From Nemertoderma westbladi (Eukaryota; Animalia; Xenacoelomorpha), in assembly GCA_032718475.1 (NCBI GenBank), contig JAUCBJ010004292.1, positions 1 through 64,000 on the forward strand: DNA of 64,000 nt. Reading direction: 5' to 3'. Numbering within the stretch: position 1 is the first letter of the stretch; each line of letters opens with the position of its first letter. Below are positions 24,561 to 37,472 of this stretch, piece by piece. The notes below the pieces were generated by a model. The model made no database searches and was not told the DNA's origin. It worked only from the letters and a program-made list of their open reading frames with translations. The position numbers were made by a program, and so were the translations under genes.

Positions 24561-26735
24561 TGCTTCTGGATTGCGGTGTAAGCAATCCAGTCTAAAGTAC
24601 CGGTACCGGTTGAACGGTAACCTGTACTGCTGTAGGCCTGTAGGCCCAACTGCCCGAACCGGTACTTACGGTACAGGTACATCAGTATTATTCGATTTTG
24701 ATAATTATATACCGGTAGGCCTTAATAATTAATCAGGGACGGCCGCCCTGGTTTTTTATTGAGATTTTACTTGTTTCTGTCAAGTTTTATTTATTTGCAG
24801 GCCAGTATTGAGCAGAAGGCGTGTAAGCCTGCTCAGATTGTACAGATAATTTGTAGGCTTGACTGTTGGCTGGCTAGCTGTTGATTAGGTCTGAACGGAT
24901 TGCAGTGCATGTAGAGTGTATGTCCAATAAAGAACGGTTAGGAAGTAGGGGCAGCCATCGCTGTAAGGTAAACCCCCATCTAAAGAATAAGTCGTACTAC
25001 TGGGTTAGAACGCATACTACTTAACCATTTTGGAGTCTGCATGTCCTGTGGTTTATTTAGGCTTGATAGGAGTCCGCCAGCGTTCGGTCTGTACTTTGTT
25101 TGTGTAGTCTGTACGGGTAGCGTATAATTTTATTTAGATAACTTGTAGGCTGGATAGTTGTCTGGCTGTTGTTGGGTTTGAGGAAATTTCGGTGTGTGCA
25201 AAGCATCTGTCCGATAAAGAACGGTTAGGAAGTAGGGGCAGCCATCGCTGTAAGGTAAACCCACATCTAAAGAATAAGTCGTACTACTGGGTTAGAACGC
25301 ATACTACTTAATCATTTCGGAGTCTGCATATACCGTAGTTTGTTTAGGCTTGATAGTAGTCTGTCAGTATTTAGTCTGCATTTTGTTTGAATGGTTTGTA
25401 CGCGTAGCGTAATATTTATTATTCAGAGTTTATGCTATTATTCGCAACATTCATTCCCCAAGTTTGTTCCTACAGTAATTGTGTTTGTTATACATACCGT
25501 TATAGTTAAACTAACCCCGGTACTACACGGGCTGCTTGGCGTAGGTAAAGACTGGTGATTTTGTGCACCGGTCACTCCGGCAGATACCGTGGTTCTTTTG
25601 GCTGTTCAAGTATTTTTAACTACTAATTATTTGTTGTACAAGTACTTGTACCTAATTTAGGGTTTAGTGTACAGTGCTTTCCGAAAGCAATTAGTGTGTA
25701 GCCAGTGTATTTGTGTTGTAAAGTGGTTGATAGGCACGTACGTTAGCTCTATTAACTTCTAGGTAGGGACACTCCGTGATACATAACGTAGTACCTATAG
25801 CGATACGGTTATAGGTCGTCAGGCGGTGGTATTTTCCTATCTGGACAGCGCAGTATATTTACTACTACTTATTATTTTCAAATACCGTAGTAACCTGTCC
25901 ATTGTAATAACCAGATATTCTAACCCTTTGTTAGGCTGGTTAGTAGACTTCTTGTAAAATTACCCTAAAAATTTGTATTTGTGTATTTGTAATTAAATTT
26001 TTGTGTTTATTTAGAGATTGTAATGTCAACCCGAATTGTACGTAATTTGTAGTATTAAGTAACTTAGGTAAATTAGAATTATTTGTTTTAGTGTCCAACA
26101 AGTAGCACTCCACTGAGAGCGCACAGCTTATGTGTAGTGACTCCCCCAGAAATAATAACATTTATTTCAAACATTGACAAAACCCATTAAACGGGTATAT
26201 ATATATTATAAATCAACTCAAACGATTTATAAATAGTAGGCCTGCCATACAACAATTAGGTCTCAATATCAGTTGGACTACTGCTTAAATAACGGTAATA
26301 AAGTAAGTTAAAGTAACCAAGTAACCTTAAAATTCAGAAATTCAATTATTTAAAATAATTGATATACCGGTATCCACGATAGGCCTATTATATATTTATA
26401 TTTGTACTGAAATCATACCGGTATTCTGTAATTAATTCTAGTTAATAATTATACTTATATATCCTATAAGTGTAAACTGTATACCGGTATCCACGATAGG
26501 CCTATTATATATTTATATATATTTGTGCTAAAATTATATACCGGTTTCTGTGAAAAACCTAGTCTGTAATAATACTTATATATACTATAAGCATACCGGT
26601 ATTCTAAAATATTATATATATCACGCTACACTGAGTAGCAGTATCGGTAATTAATTACTAGGCTAGCAGTTAAGGCTGAATTACTAGACTTGCTTAGACT
26701 GTAATATAGCAGTAGGCTTAACTGTGTAAACAAAC

Positions 26736-29700
26736 ATGTCTGATACTAAGCAGAGCCTGTCAGACAGTTTATTGGATGTAATTATGCGACTCAGATAGAG
26801 GTGTAGAACCGTCTAGTCCTAAGTTCAGTTCACCTCCCACTGTGAGGAAAGTCATCCCTCCAGTAGTAATAACAGAACCTAGGCTGGTCCAGCACCGTAG
26901 GTCTATCATAGGCACTCGAGCCCGGGTCAAGCAGGACCAAGAAGCAGCGGAACAGCAACAACCCGTGAGCCAAGAACTTATTTCTCAGCGGCCCGACAGC
27001 TCCAGTAGTGAAGATACTGTAGAACTGACACCTGAGCGCGGAGCAAGGATGACGGATGCGGTTTATTCGGATCCCCTTCTCATCCTTCCTGCAGCCGTAC
27101 TCACTAGGTTATTGATCGCGGTGGAAGAACACCAGATCGATTGGGCGAGAAGTAAGCGCTCAACTAAAGATAGCTATGAGGGATACACAAGGGAAGAACT
27201 GAAGTCTATGGTCGAGTCGCAATGGAACTTCCCCGGACCCGGACTCCCGTTTGATTTATCAGAAGCTGCCTGGGAAGACATACACCGGATGGGAGTAGCC
27301 AAGGAAACCATCGATCCAGCTGTGTGGAAGAGGTCCGCAGCCGGATACGCACAGGGATTCTTCAGCTCTATGGAGCGAGTAGAAAAACAACTGTTACAAC
27401 AACCTCAAGGACCTCAAGAGCAGGGACAACTGCTTTATCAGGTTAGAGAAAGAATTCTGCGAATCAGGCTAATATTATCAGCCTTTGAAGAGGCTTCTAA
27501 AAGAAGACAAGACACGTCGTTGCAAGTTGCCGTAAAGACTTGGTTTCAACGGGTGAGTCGCCAGGTTCAAGGAACAGCTCAGTGGAAAGCTCAGCTGGAG
27601 GAGCGCTCAACCCATGGAGAATCAACAGACGATACTTTTTCCCAAGTGGAGAGTGAAGCGACAGCAGCGAAACTGCATAAGAGGGATGCTATTGACATCT
27701 ATCTGTCGGACTATCAACGTTTTGTAGGAGATGAAGAGTTGAGGAGAAGACTAGAGGGGCTTAGCCCTAATAGTGAAGGAGCCCAGCTTGTGTTGGACGC
27801 AATTGATGTGGATAGGTTAGCAGCGAACCAAGCTAAATTCGATGAACAACTCCGCATCGCTAGAGACCAAGAAGAAAGGGTTAAGAAAAAACGCATAGAA
27901 GACAGAAAGAAAGCAGCAGTAGCAGCTGCAGAAGCCGAAAGGAAGGCAGCCGAAGAGGAAAGTAAAGCAGCCGAAGCGGAAAGAAAAGCGGCAGCGGCAG
28001 AGGCAGAAGCGAAAAGAAAAGCAGCCGAAATGGAAAGAAAAGCAGCCGAAATGGAAAGAGAAGCGGCAGCGGCAGAGACAGAAGCGAAAAGAAAGGCAAC
28101 CGAAATGGAAAGAAAAGCGGCAAAGGCAGCGGCAGAAGCGGAGCGGATAGCGGCCGAAGAGATTGCCCAATTGGAATTGGAAAATATTCAGGAGAATCAA
28201 GACTGCATAAATAAACAGTTAACAGCTAGTAATATGCAGATGATGAATCGATCTACTCCCAAAAGACAGGGATATACATCATCTGAGGAAGGCGATACCA
28301 CCGACACTGAAGGCAAAGGAAATAGATCTCACCTAAGCAGACGCAAAAGAACATTCCACCGTCAAAAATTGCCTGATTTGCCTCCAGCTGTTAGAAGGCA
28401 ACTAAATAACACCAACTTAGGTAGTACAGAACCCACAGACCAAATAATTACAATAGAGAGACTCCCTACTATAGTAGATGAGCCTGAAATAATTAGGCCT
28501 GTTCCCGAAGCCACCCTTTCGGTCGTAGAGACACCTGTACTCCCTGAACCTACTTCTCAATTCCCTTTGCACAGCACTAAGCTACCTGTGCCCAGCAGAA
28601 CAGTCCGTGAGACAGTTCATACCCTGGACTCCGAGCGAAATATTCATGATTTGTCGCCCGTTGTCCCTCGTCCACCCGCTACAACGTTGGCGAATCCCGC
28701 TTCGGCGGTCGAATGGGTGGATGAGAGACGACGGGGGATGGATCTCCTGCTCGGACAGATGCAGGAGACTGTTCAACAATTCAAAGGCACAGTAAGGGAA
28801 AGTAGGCTAGAGTTGCAAGAAGTGCAGCAAAGTATCGCGCTAGAACGCGATGAATTAGTAAATACACAAAGGGGTATACCACCACCCCCTGTAACAATGT
28901 GTCAACCTGTTAGGTCTGAAGTATCTCATGCGCAAGGTGTGGAGCCTACACGCATCTATACTGCTAGCGAAGTAGAAACTCCTATAGTGAACCCTATTAA
29001 GGGTAATTATAGACCTGTTGATAATGATATTCCCTATAGACCGGATCATAATCCGAGAAATTTATATACCGATAACTCGATATTAAATAACACGATGGCC
29101 CAAGAAAGTTTTACGCGTCAAATGGCTAGAACCGAAGCCCGGCAAGCGGTAAAGGTGGGAGAGATCGTCAAGTTCAATGGAGATGAGATGAAATGGTTAC
29201 CTTTTAATGAATATTACAAAGATAACATACAGAACTCTGTACTATCTAATGGAGAGAAACTTAGATTCCTCATCGAGTGCTTGGAAGGATCTCCCAAGTT
29301 AATGGCGTTAAAGTTTATTGGACATCCAGACGGATTAAGACAAGTTTGGGATACACTAAACATCAGGTATGGTAATAGGAACAACATAGCTGGGTATTTG
29401 TATGCAAAGTTGGTAGCGCCCCGAAAGTTTATTAGCAGCGGAATTATAGAGTTTTCCGATGAAATTCAGGAGATCTGCAGACAATTAGATTGGCTAGGTA
29501 AGTCTCATGAGTATCAGAATGCTATGGTTATTAGAGCAGTGGCTTCTACTTTACCGAAGGGTGGAGTAGGTACACGCTGGGATAAGAAAGTGTTATATAT
29601 GATGGAACAACAACGACGAGACCCTACCATGGCTGATCTCATGTCATTCCTAGATGGAGAAGTGAAATTACAGCTCCTGAAACTGTCCAGAGAGAAGACA

Positions 29701-29796
29701 CCGGAAAACAAGGTAAGTGAAAAACCCGTCGCTAGGAGAAAGGTAACACCAGTGTGTTATACAGCGGGAAAGACACTGACCGCGCTTATTACGTAA
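26736..29796 (+). pseudogene. gag: gag of element B (N-terminal extension, coiled coil, DUF1759-like capsid)
   Basis: ATG at 26736 homologous to element A's start, frameshift near 26780, then 984 open codons including KFNGDEMKWLPF, LSNGEKLRFLIECLEGSP, WDTLNIRYGN, LMSFLDGE. Confidence 0.9.
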
Positions 29797-31715
29797 ATAA
29801 AATGCCTATAGAACAGGTAAGTAAATTCAAGTCTCGACCCAATGACAGAAGAGAACCGGTAAGAAAAACCCCTCCTACGTCTCCCAAGAGAATTCATGTA
29901 AGAAAGCCCGAGGAAAGAACAAGTGTGCACCACACAGCACAGGTTAAAGTAAGTAACATCAAACCCAAATGTGTGCTGTGCGACGGGCCCCACCGCTTGA
30001 ATATGTGCGATGAATTCTTAAAGAAATCATTAAAAGAGAGACGGGAAGTCATGTGGGATAAGCGGTTGTGTTATAATTGCCTCAGACGAGGACACCAACG
30101 GCGAACCTGTTACTCCGACGCAAGGTGTGCAAAGTGCGGTGCAAAACATCATATCTTGTTGCACACTGAATTCGAACGAAGCAGCCCGAGTCAGGTAAGT
30201 GAGTCCGAACAACTACATGTCCAATTCAGTGATGTGAACGACACTGACCAAAGTTCTGAGATGGAAGGATTCTATACGGACGAATTCTCTGACCAAAACG
30301 AATCCTGTTACTTAATAAACACCACCGCAGTGTATCGAGCACTCATGTATGAGAAAGACACAGACAGCGACCTCACCCTAACTACTTCAGATCAACAACA
30401 ATCTTGGAAAGCGCCAACTTCAAATGTAGGAATCCGAGAATTTCCTGTAGTCCAGTTATGGGTCCACGGACCTCAGAAGAGCTATATAGTGAACGCCCTC
30501 CTGGACTCCGGCAGCACAGGAACATTCATCGATAAAGAACTAGCCGAAGACATCTTTGCTGGACAACCCAAGTTCCGAACCAAGCTAAACATGTCAGGGA
30601 TCATGCAGGTTTGGAAATCTGCTGTGGCTGCCGACTATTATATAGGTGAGTTGTCCACTCCACAGGATAAACTAGGAGAACACAGTATAAGGTCAGTCAA
30701 AATGGTGGCAATAAAGAACTTCGCTACCACCCAAGTGGAACCTTATAATTGGGACGAAGATGATCATGCCCAACAACTTAACATTCCTAGATTCGACACC
30801 GATTATCCTGGAGTACAAATATTAATCGGTCAAAACGCGCATGAGGTGCTGGAGACATTGGAGAAACGACCTGCTCAACCGCAACCACTTCAGACCTATG
30901 CGGTAAGAACTAGAGTAGGTTGGTACCTTACTGGACCTTCCCGAAGAACGCTCAGAGAAAGACTGCTTCAAGATCGCGTCTGCCAGGTGAGTGAATGGGA
31001 AGATGATACTAGTGAGGGAGACGACCCAACTGAGGGAACACCATACTCCTCAGATAATGACGATATTAGCTCCAATGTAGATCAATGGAGATATTGCCCC
31101 AAGAAGTTTAATCCAACTGACATCGCTTCCAGAGGAGCAACTCCTCAAGAACTGACAGATACTACAGACCGGTTAGGTGAACCCGACTTCCTGAGTAAGG
31201 AGGATGAATGGCCTCCCCATCTTACTCCGACTGAGATTAGACCAGCCAAGGGAGCGGAGAAAGTCAAACCTAAAACCCGGACGGGTGGATCGGAGTTATT
31301 TGAACCCGGGATAGATCTGTCGGTATTACATATTGCCAGGGACGACGCCGTGGATCTGGACCTCCCCACCGCGAGTGGATCCTTCATGAAGATCAGAGAG
31401 AGCGATTGGAGCTCTGGAACATCAGACGTCTCGCAGGGACTCTCACCTCTCCTGCAGGGAGCGACGGACCACTATAGCTCCTGGAATCGGCTTTGTAAGG
31501 CCGTCGTGTACCTAGAGCGATGTTTCTATCGTCACTATTCCAGGACGAAGAGGAAACCTGGAATTGTATTCGGGATGCAGCGACTCAATCACCCAGTCGG
31601 TCGTTTGTGTTTACCGGAAGGGAATGGAGGACTCTCCGGAAACTGTGGAAGGCAAGATTCTCTTCCCACGACCACCTCCCTAATCCTTCAAACATCTAGG
31701 GACTCCATAACGTAA
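29754..31715 (+). CDS. pol: Zinc knuckles + aspartic protease + vestigial pol fragments of element B (open, -1 frame relative to gag)
   Basis: BEL-type triple knuckle (CVLCDGPHRLNMC, CYNCLRRGHQRRTC, CAKCGAKHHILLH), LLDSGS, QILIG..AVRTRVGWYLTG, QWRYCPKKFNPTDIASRG, HPVGRLCLP; no RT or integrase core. Confidence 0.85.
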   Translation: MLYSGKDTDRAYYVNKMPIEQVSKFKSRPNDRREPVRKTPPTSPKRIHVRKPEERTSVHHTAQVKVSNIKPKCVLCDGPHRLNMCDEFLKKSLKERREVMWDKRLCYNCLRRGHQRRTCYSDARCAKCGAKHHILLHTEFERSSPSQVSESEQLHVQFSDVNDTDQSSEMEGFYTDEFSDQNESCYLINTTAVYRALMYEKDTDSDLTLTTSDQQQSWKAPTSNVGIREFPVVQLWVHGPQKSYIVNALLDSGSTGTFIDKELAEDIFAGQPKFRTKLNMSGIMQVWKSAVAADYYIGELSTPQDKLGEHSIRSVKMVAIKNFATTQVEPYNWDEDDHAQQLNIPRFDTDYPGVQILIGQNAHEVLETLEKRPAQPQPLQTYAVRTRVGWYLTGPSRRTLRERLLQDRVCQVSEWEDDTSEGDDPTEGTPYSSDNDDISSNVDQWRYCPKKFNPTDIASRGATPQELTDTTDRLGEPDFLSKEDEWPPHLTPTEIRPAKGAEKVKPKTRTGGSELFEPGIDLSVLHIARDDAVDLDLPTASGSFMKIRESDWSSGTSDVSQGLSPLLQGATDHYSSWNRLCKAVVYLERCFYRHYSRTKRKPGIVFGMQRLNHPVGRLCLPEGNGGLSGNCGRQDSLPTTTSLILQTSRDSIT

Positions 31716-33366
31716 CAACATATGGAGTGGGTGTGTGACTCTATTATTTTATATTATTTTATTATTTTTATATTTATGTATGTATTATTATGTAATTTTA
31801 TTTTAATCGTTTTATTTAATTTTATTTAGTAGTATGGTATTTTAGAAATTATTTAGTAGATTAGTGCAATATATATTCGCGTTTATTATTTAATTACGTA
31901 TATTATATATTTAGTGCGACGGCGAGAAATAATTATTTTTCTCTTTCCTTACTGCCCGTATTACATTATAAATACGTGACTACAGTAAGATGAAATGTCC
32001 GTACTTATTAAAGTACAATAAAGCCACTACTATATTCAAGTATTATTGGTAGGCAGAGTATTAGGAATGCAAAGTTCAGATCCTCGTGTCTCGGCTAAAC
32101 CAAGCTCTGGGTAGACCTTGGAAACGACTTGCCTCTTCACACTGGCATTGCTTCGTGCGATATTGCTCTCATACCGTATATTAAATAATACATATAGTAG
32201 CGTGATGTCCCTTTAACAGTAGCGTATAACGCAAAATAAATCTGTTAAACCCTTTGACCATCTGTAATTCTAGTCGATTAAGATATCGCGGCACCCACCG
32301 ATATACTTGAAAGACAAAATTCTAGAATCAGTGGTTAACGTCCCCAGACAAGTTCTGGAATAAACTGGTGCCCATCCTAAATATTAATTATTAATATTTA
32401 CAAAAATCTGTCAAATATCAGATCCTTTAAAATTCTAGTCGATTAAGATATCGTAGCACTTACCGATACTCTTAAAAGGACAATTTTTATAGAATTAAGG
32501 ATCCTATGTCCCCAGACCTGCTCTGGAATCAAATTGTGTCAATTTTAACATCAAATAATAAAATTCACGGGAATAAATTTAAATTCATATATTTAAATGA
32601 ATTTAATAAATTGTCATTTTATACAATTTATAACATTCCCAAAATTCCATTAATTAATAGATCATGGGAGCGGAGATTCACTCTATTAAGTGTATTTGTG
32701 TGCGAGAATCTCCAATGTGTAGTCAATAGCCGATAAAATTCATAAAATCATATATAGAGAGGATATTGACAATTAAAGAATTACTATTAAATAGCATCCC
32801 AGATCTGCATGCAAGAGAATTACCCTAATTCTACCGCTAGCTTTCCATAATGTCACCATGGCAACAACCACGCTAGAATTAGAAGTGAGTTAAAAGAACA
32901 ATAGAAAGCATGCCCCATTGAATAGCATACGGAATAAATAGCACACCGCTAGTATCCAAGAATACATAATAACAACGTGACATTCTGGAAGGCACTTGAC
33001 TAACGGACAAATGACCCGAATGTGTGATAGAATGTGTACCATTTGTGACTGTTACGTGGAATTTGTGCGTTTGTAGGTGAATGTTACTACTAAGGTGTGT
33101 TTACAGTAGCGAGTCGCAATTGTGAAAGTAACCCTAACTCTCCAGTAAGAACCTGAAGTATATCTAAGCCTTTGGGACGGACGGTGGAGTGGCTCGTGCT
33201 GGTTGTTGTAGTCGTTGTGCAGCTACGACGTTGGCGATAGGCACATCGGCGAAAGTACACCAGCGCTGAGGATCTCGCACTGTCCGGGGGCAGAGAGGGG
33301 TAGGCAGCGACGCCCGCTCGCCTAAATATAAACTCATTATAATATGGATAAACTTATATAGCAGAT

Positions 33367-34888
33367 ATGATTGAGTTGATAGAAGATGATCTTGGTATCA
33401 GAGAGCGATATACTCTACTTTTACAAGCGTTTGTTGATAGCTTGATACGCGGCGACGCTGGTCCAACTGCTGCGGAGGACGATGGTCGTTATATCGAACC
33501 GCCAATGTCCCAAGAGAAGCTCACGTGTGAGTTGGACTATAGAAAATTCACCGCTCGCTATACGCATCGTAATGGTATATATATGAACTTCTTAACTACT
33601 AGTCATCCTATCGACCTACACGATACGAACGATATAGACACCAAAGGAAAATGGTTTTATTTAAATATCATACCCAGCGGAAGCGGAACGATAGACTGGG
33701 ACTCGAACACGAAAATTCTATTCGAAACCGACTCGAAAGTGCAGATGTCGAAGAGCCGGATAAACGCAGCGACTCCACCAAATACCTGGAATGCTTGAGA
33801 GAAACCTATCTCGATATTACCAGTCAACAGAATCTAGAAACTCGATATCCTCAAGGTATACATCATGACCGCATGGTAGAACTCAAACGGCTCTATTCCA
33901 CTATGATGTATCTTACCGCCGATCGATCGCTACCTGTTGTACCGGATAGCTTCGAACGGATGGAGGAATATTGTAAGCTGGAGAAAGATCACTCGCGTTT
34001 CCCCTACAAGACGTGCGTTTTTGGTATTATTGCGATGAATGCCCAAGACCCAACCAACAAACGGAAAGACATAAACATCCGCGGAGACGTTGCTTTAAAC
34101 ACGGTTTTACTCGCTATACTTACGGGAGTTTCGAGCGAAACTTGTTCAATGTATCACCTACGCTCGTTCGACTCAGACGATCCTTAAATAAACCAATGAT
34201 CAGAGTTTCGGAATACTCGATCAGAGCTCCTCATTCCCTAGTGAGACCTCAGACTCTTGATCCTATCAGTATGACGGATCCTCCCGAGCTGTACTCACTG
34301 CTCAAATATCTAGTGTTACCTGAACGATTAGTCGGTGGCACCCAGTTGTGGGCTTCCTAGATATTAGCCCATCCTACCTAGCCGAATTGGGACGCGGACA
34401 TTTAATATCGCCGTTTAACCCTTACCACCGTCCCGGCTTAACACGATATAACCTGTCACCAAAGTGGCGGAGAACGTTGTACCAAACGAGTTAAACGCTA
34501 TTCTACAAAAATCAGAAAGGAAACCTGCGTTTGTTCAGATAAACGTAAGTTGTAACAGCAAGTCCAAGCGATAAACGAATTGCCTTTATCTCAGTTCGAT
34601 TGTGAAATCCAGAATCTCTAAGAAGATATCGAACTTAGACAACCCCATTCTCTGCGAGAGTTTTTGGATGAACGTATCCAGCTACGAGCGGAGGAAAATC
34701 AGCTCGAGGAGAAGCATATCGAAACGGCGGATACCCCGACCATAATCCTACACCTTCTGATGCAATCATATTGCACCCTTCACCCAGGATTTATAGCCCT
34801 CCTAGTAAAGTGGCTCGCCCCTAAAGAGAAAAGGACTCTTGCTAGCCTCAAAAGGCTGCGTAAACGCCGTCCGCGTAAGAAAGACTAA
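33367..34888 (+). pseudogene. Extra 3' ORF region (ORF3) of element B, unknown function
   Basis: Homologous to 14953-16506; retains ~170 bp missing in A (near 15395) and lacks a segment present in A near the C-terminus; several frameshifts. Confidence 0.7.
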
Positions 34889-34966
34889 CTGTTTAGAGTA
34901 TTTTTATATTTTAGAAACTGTGATTTGTTATATTTTATAGACTTAAATCCCATTTTCTGGGAGCGG

Positions 34967-36149
34967 TGTAAAAGCTTTTGCGTCATTAACCGGTTATTTT
35001 CCCTTAAAGTACTCTGTAGTTGGTTTGCCGGGCATAAAAAGGCCGTGTCCTTGCTGTACTGGTGTTTTAGAGGACATAAAAGTCATTTCTTCTGTATTTG
35101 TACTGTATTTGTACTTTAGAGGACATAATCCGCAATCTCGTGACGCGATAAGCTGGATACTCTTGAAAACAGTGTCGCTACCATGACGACGGCTAACAGC
35201 TGATATTGCCACGTCGACGTTTCTTTGTTTCTTTGTTCTCTCGTTGTTCGGTTGACCAATCAGAGCGTTTTTTGTCTCTGTGTTGGAGGTGTATACAGAA
35301 CTCAGTAATTCAGTGTTATGTTTTTGCCCAGAGCCTAAGAACACCGGCTTTTGGCACCTCCGTATATCAGCATTCTTTAGCTTTACATTAGTAGGCTTAA
35401 TTATAGAACGTATATCTGTTATCTTAACTAATCATACAAAATCAAACCCTACTTACTTATCATACATATCTATGCAATTCATATCTTGCATTACTGCTTT
35501 GCTGTTGGTTATTCGTTATATTTGTTGATGAATTATTATATCGGAATACTGATCAATAGTCAGACACCCCACCTTCTTGATATACTAAAGGTTAGAGAGA
35601 CCGGTTACAGATAAACGATTGCGACCTATGTTGAGTGGTTTGAAGTGAATCTAATGCTATTTCATATGCCCAACATAAATTGTCTGTTGCTCTCTTTATA
35701 CGTGACTAAATTTAGTGAAGGTCGGCAGATTAGTGTGCAGTATTGTGCAGCATTGTGTATGATTGTAACTGATAACAAAGCATCTCCTAAAGAATGCGCC
35801 ATATACGTTAATCTATAGCCTTTTCGTTGTGACTAGTTTAAGTCATAACTCTGTTTACATATTTAGAGCGCCACGTCCTAAAGGAACTGTTAATATTTCC
35901 CGAAAGTGAATAATATTTGTCAGAGATTATATATTACGATCAGTCGAATAATACAGTAGGCTTACACCATCAATCATTAAGCTCCGAACTCAGTCTCCCG
36001 GGTATATCCAACGGGTGAATGATTGCGCATAGACTGGCTTCGGCTAATGTAGTGTATCAAATACTCGTCATAAGCTAAAGAATATATATCATCCAAAAGA
36101 CATTCTAATTTGGCAGGTTAAACTGTCAAAGGTCTTAAAAGCGCAAACA
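34967..36149 (+). repeat. 3' LTR of element B (1183 bp)
   Basis: Direct repeat of 23372-24549, preceded by PPT GGGAGCGG and followed by TSD GGTGA. Confidence 0.95.
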
Positions 36150-37472
36150 GGTGAACTAAAGCCTCTCCCCAAGAAAGGAGACCTCGGCATACCAACAAAC
36201 TATCGTGGCATCTGTCTGCTTGTGGTAGCTGCCAAAATATACAATAAAATGATTCTATAAAGGATTAGGCCTCATATAGAGAAACTACTGCGTAAGAGCC
36301 AAAACGGATTTCGACCAAGTAGATCAACAATAGCTCAGATACTTGCACTACGGAGACTGATTGAAGGAATTAAGTCAAAGAATCTCCCCGCTGTCATGAC
36401 TTTTGTGGACTTCAAGAAGGCATTCGACTCCATCCATAGAGGTAAAATGCTTGAAATCCTAAGAGCTTATGGAATACCAGAAGTAATTGTTGCTTGCATT
36501 GGATTGTTATATTGTGACACAGAAGCGCAGGTACTCTCACCAGATGGTGAAACTGAGTTTTTCTCAATCCTGGCTGGCGTACTGCAAGGTGACACATTAG
36601 CACCATTACTATTTGTAATTGTGCTGGATTACGCAATGAGGACGGCCACAAAGGGTGAAGACCTGGGATTCACACTTCAAGAACGCAGAAGTAGTAGATA
36701 TCCGGCAACTACAGTCACAGACACCGACTTTGCGGATGACATCGCCCTGCTCTCTAATACGCTAGCAGATGCACAGCTTCTACTAAATAAAGTGGAGCGG
36801 GCTGCTAAGGAGGTTGGATTGCATATAAATGCTACAAAGACCGAATTCATGACCTTTAATGTTGATGGAAACTTGACAACCATTGATAATAATCAACTAA
36901 GGAAGGTCGATGACTTCCAGTACCTTGGATCATGGATAGAGAGTAGCAAAAAGGACATAGAAGTTAGGAAAGCAAAGGCTTGGGTAGCTCTATCAAAAAT
37001 GGATACCATCTGGAAATCAGATCTCTCCAGGCACCTGAAGACTAAGTTCTTTCGAGCCACAGTGGAAAGTGTATTTTTATATGGGGGTGAGACCTGGACA
37101 CTGACTAAATCACTTGAACAACGAATTGATGGTTGCTACACAAGACTACTAAGGGCAGCCCTAAACATCAGCTGGAGACAACACATGACAAACGCCGAGC
37201 TTTATGGTACAATACCACCTGTATCAACCACCCTCCGTGAACGCAGATTAAGATTCAGTGGGCACTGCTGGCGAAGTAAAGACGAGGTTATACCAGATCT
37301 ACTTTTCTGGCAACCGACTCATGGAAAGCGTAGTCGTGGACGACCGGCCATAACATATATAGATCAACTTGAAAGGGATACTGAACTTGGGAGAAACGAA
37401 ATTGCGACAACTATGGAGAATCGGGAAGCCTGGAAGGATCTCATTTCCACTGTCCGAGTTCGCTCGACCTAG
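36150..37472 (+). pseudogene. RTE ORF 3' part: reverse transcriptase
   Basis: NYRGICLL, QNGFR, FVDFKKAFDS, GVLQGDTLAP, FADD, FQYLGS, RLRFSGHCWR..GRPAITY; one in-frame TAA near 36258. Confidence 0.92.

Larger units (their letters stand above)
23372..36149 (+). mobile_element. Non-autonomous BEL/Pao LTR retrotransposon (element B)
   Basis: LTRs 23372-24549 and 34967-36149 differ at only a handful of positions; TSD GGTGA (23367-23371, 36150-36154); PPT; gag, zinc knuckles and protease. Confidence 0.96.
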
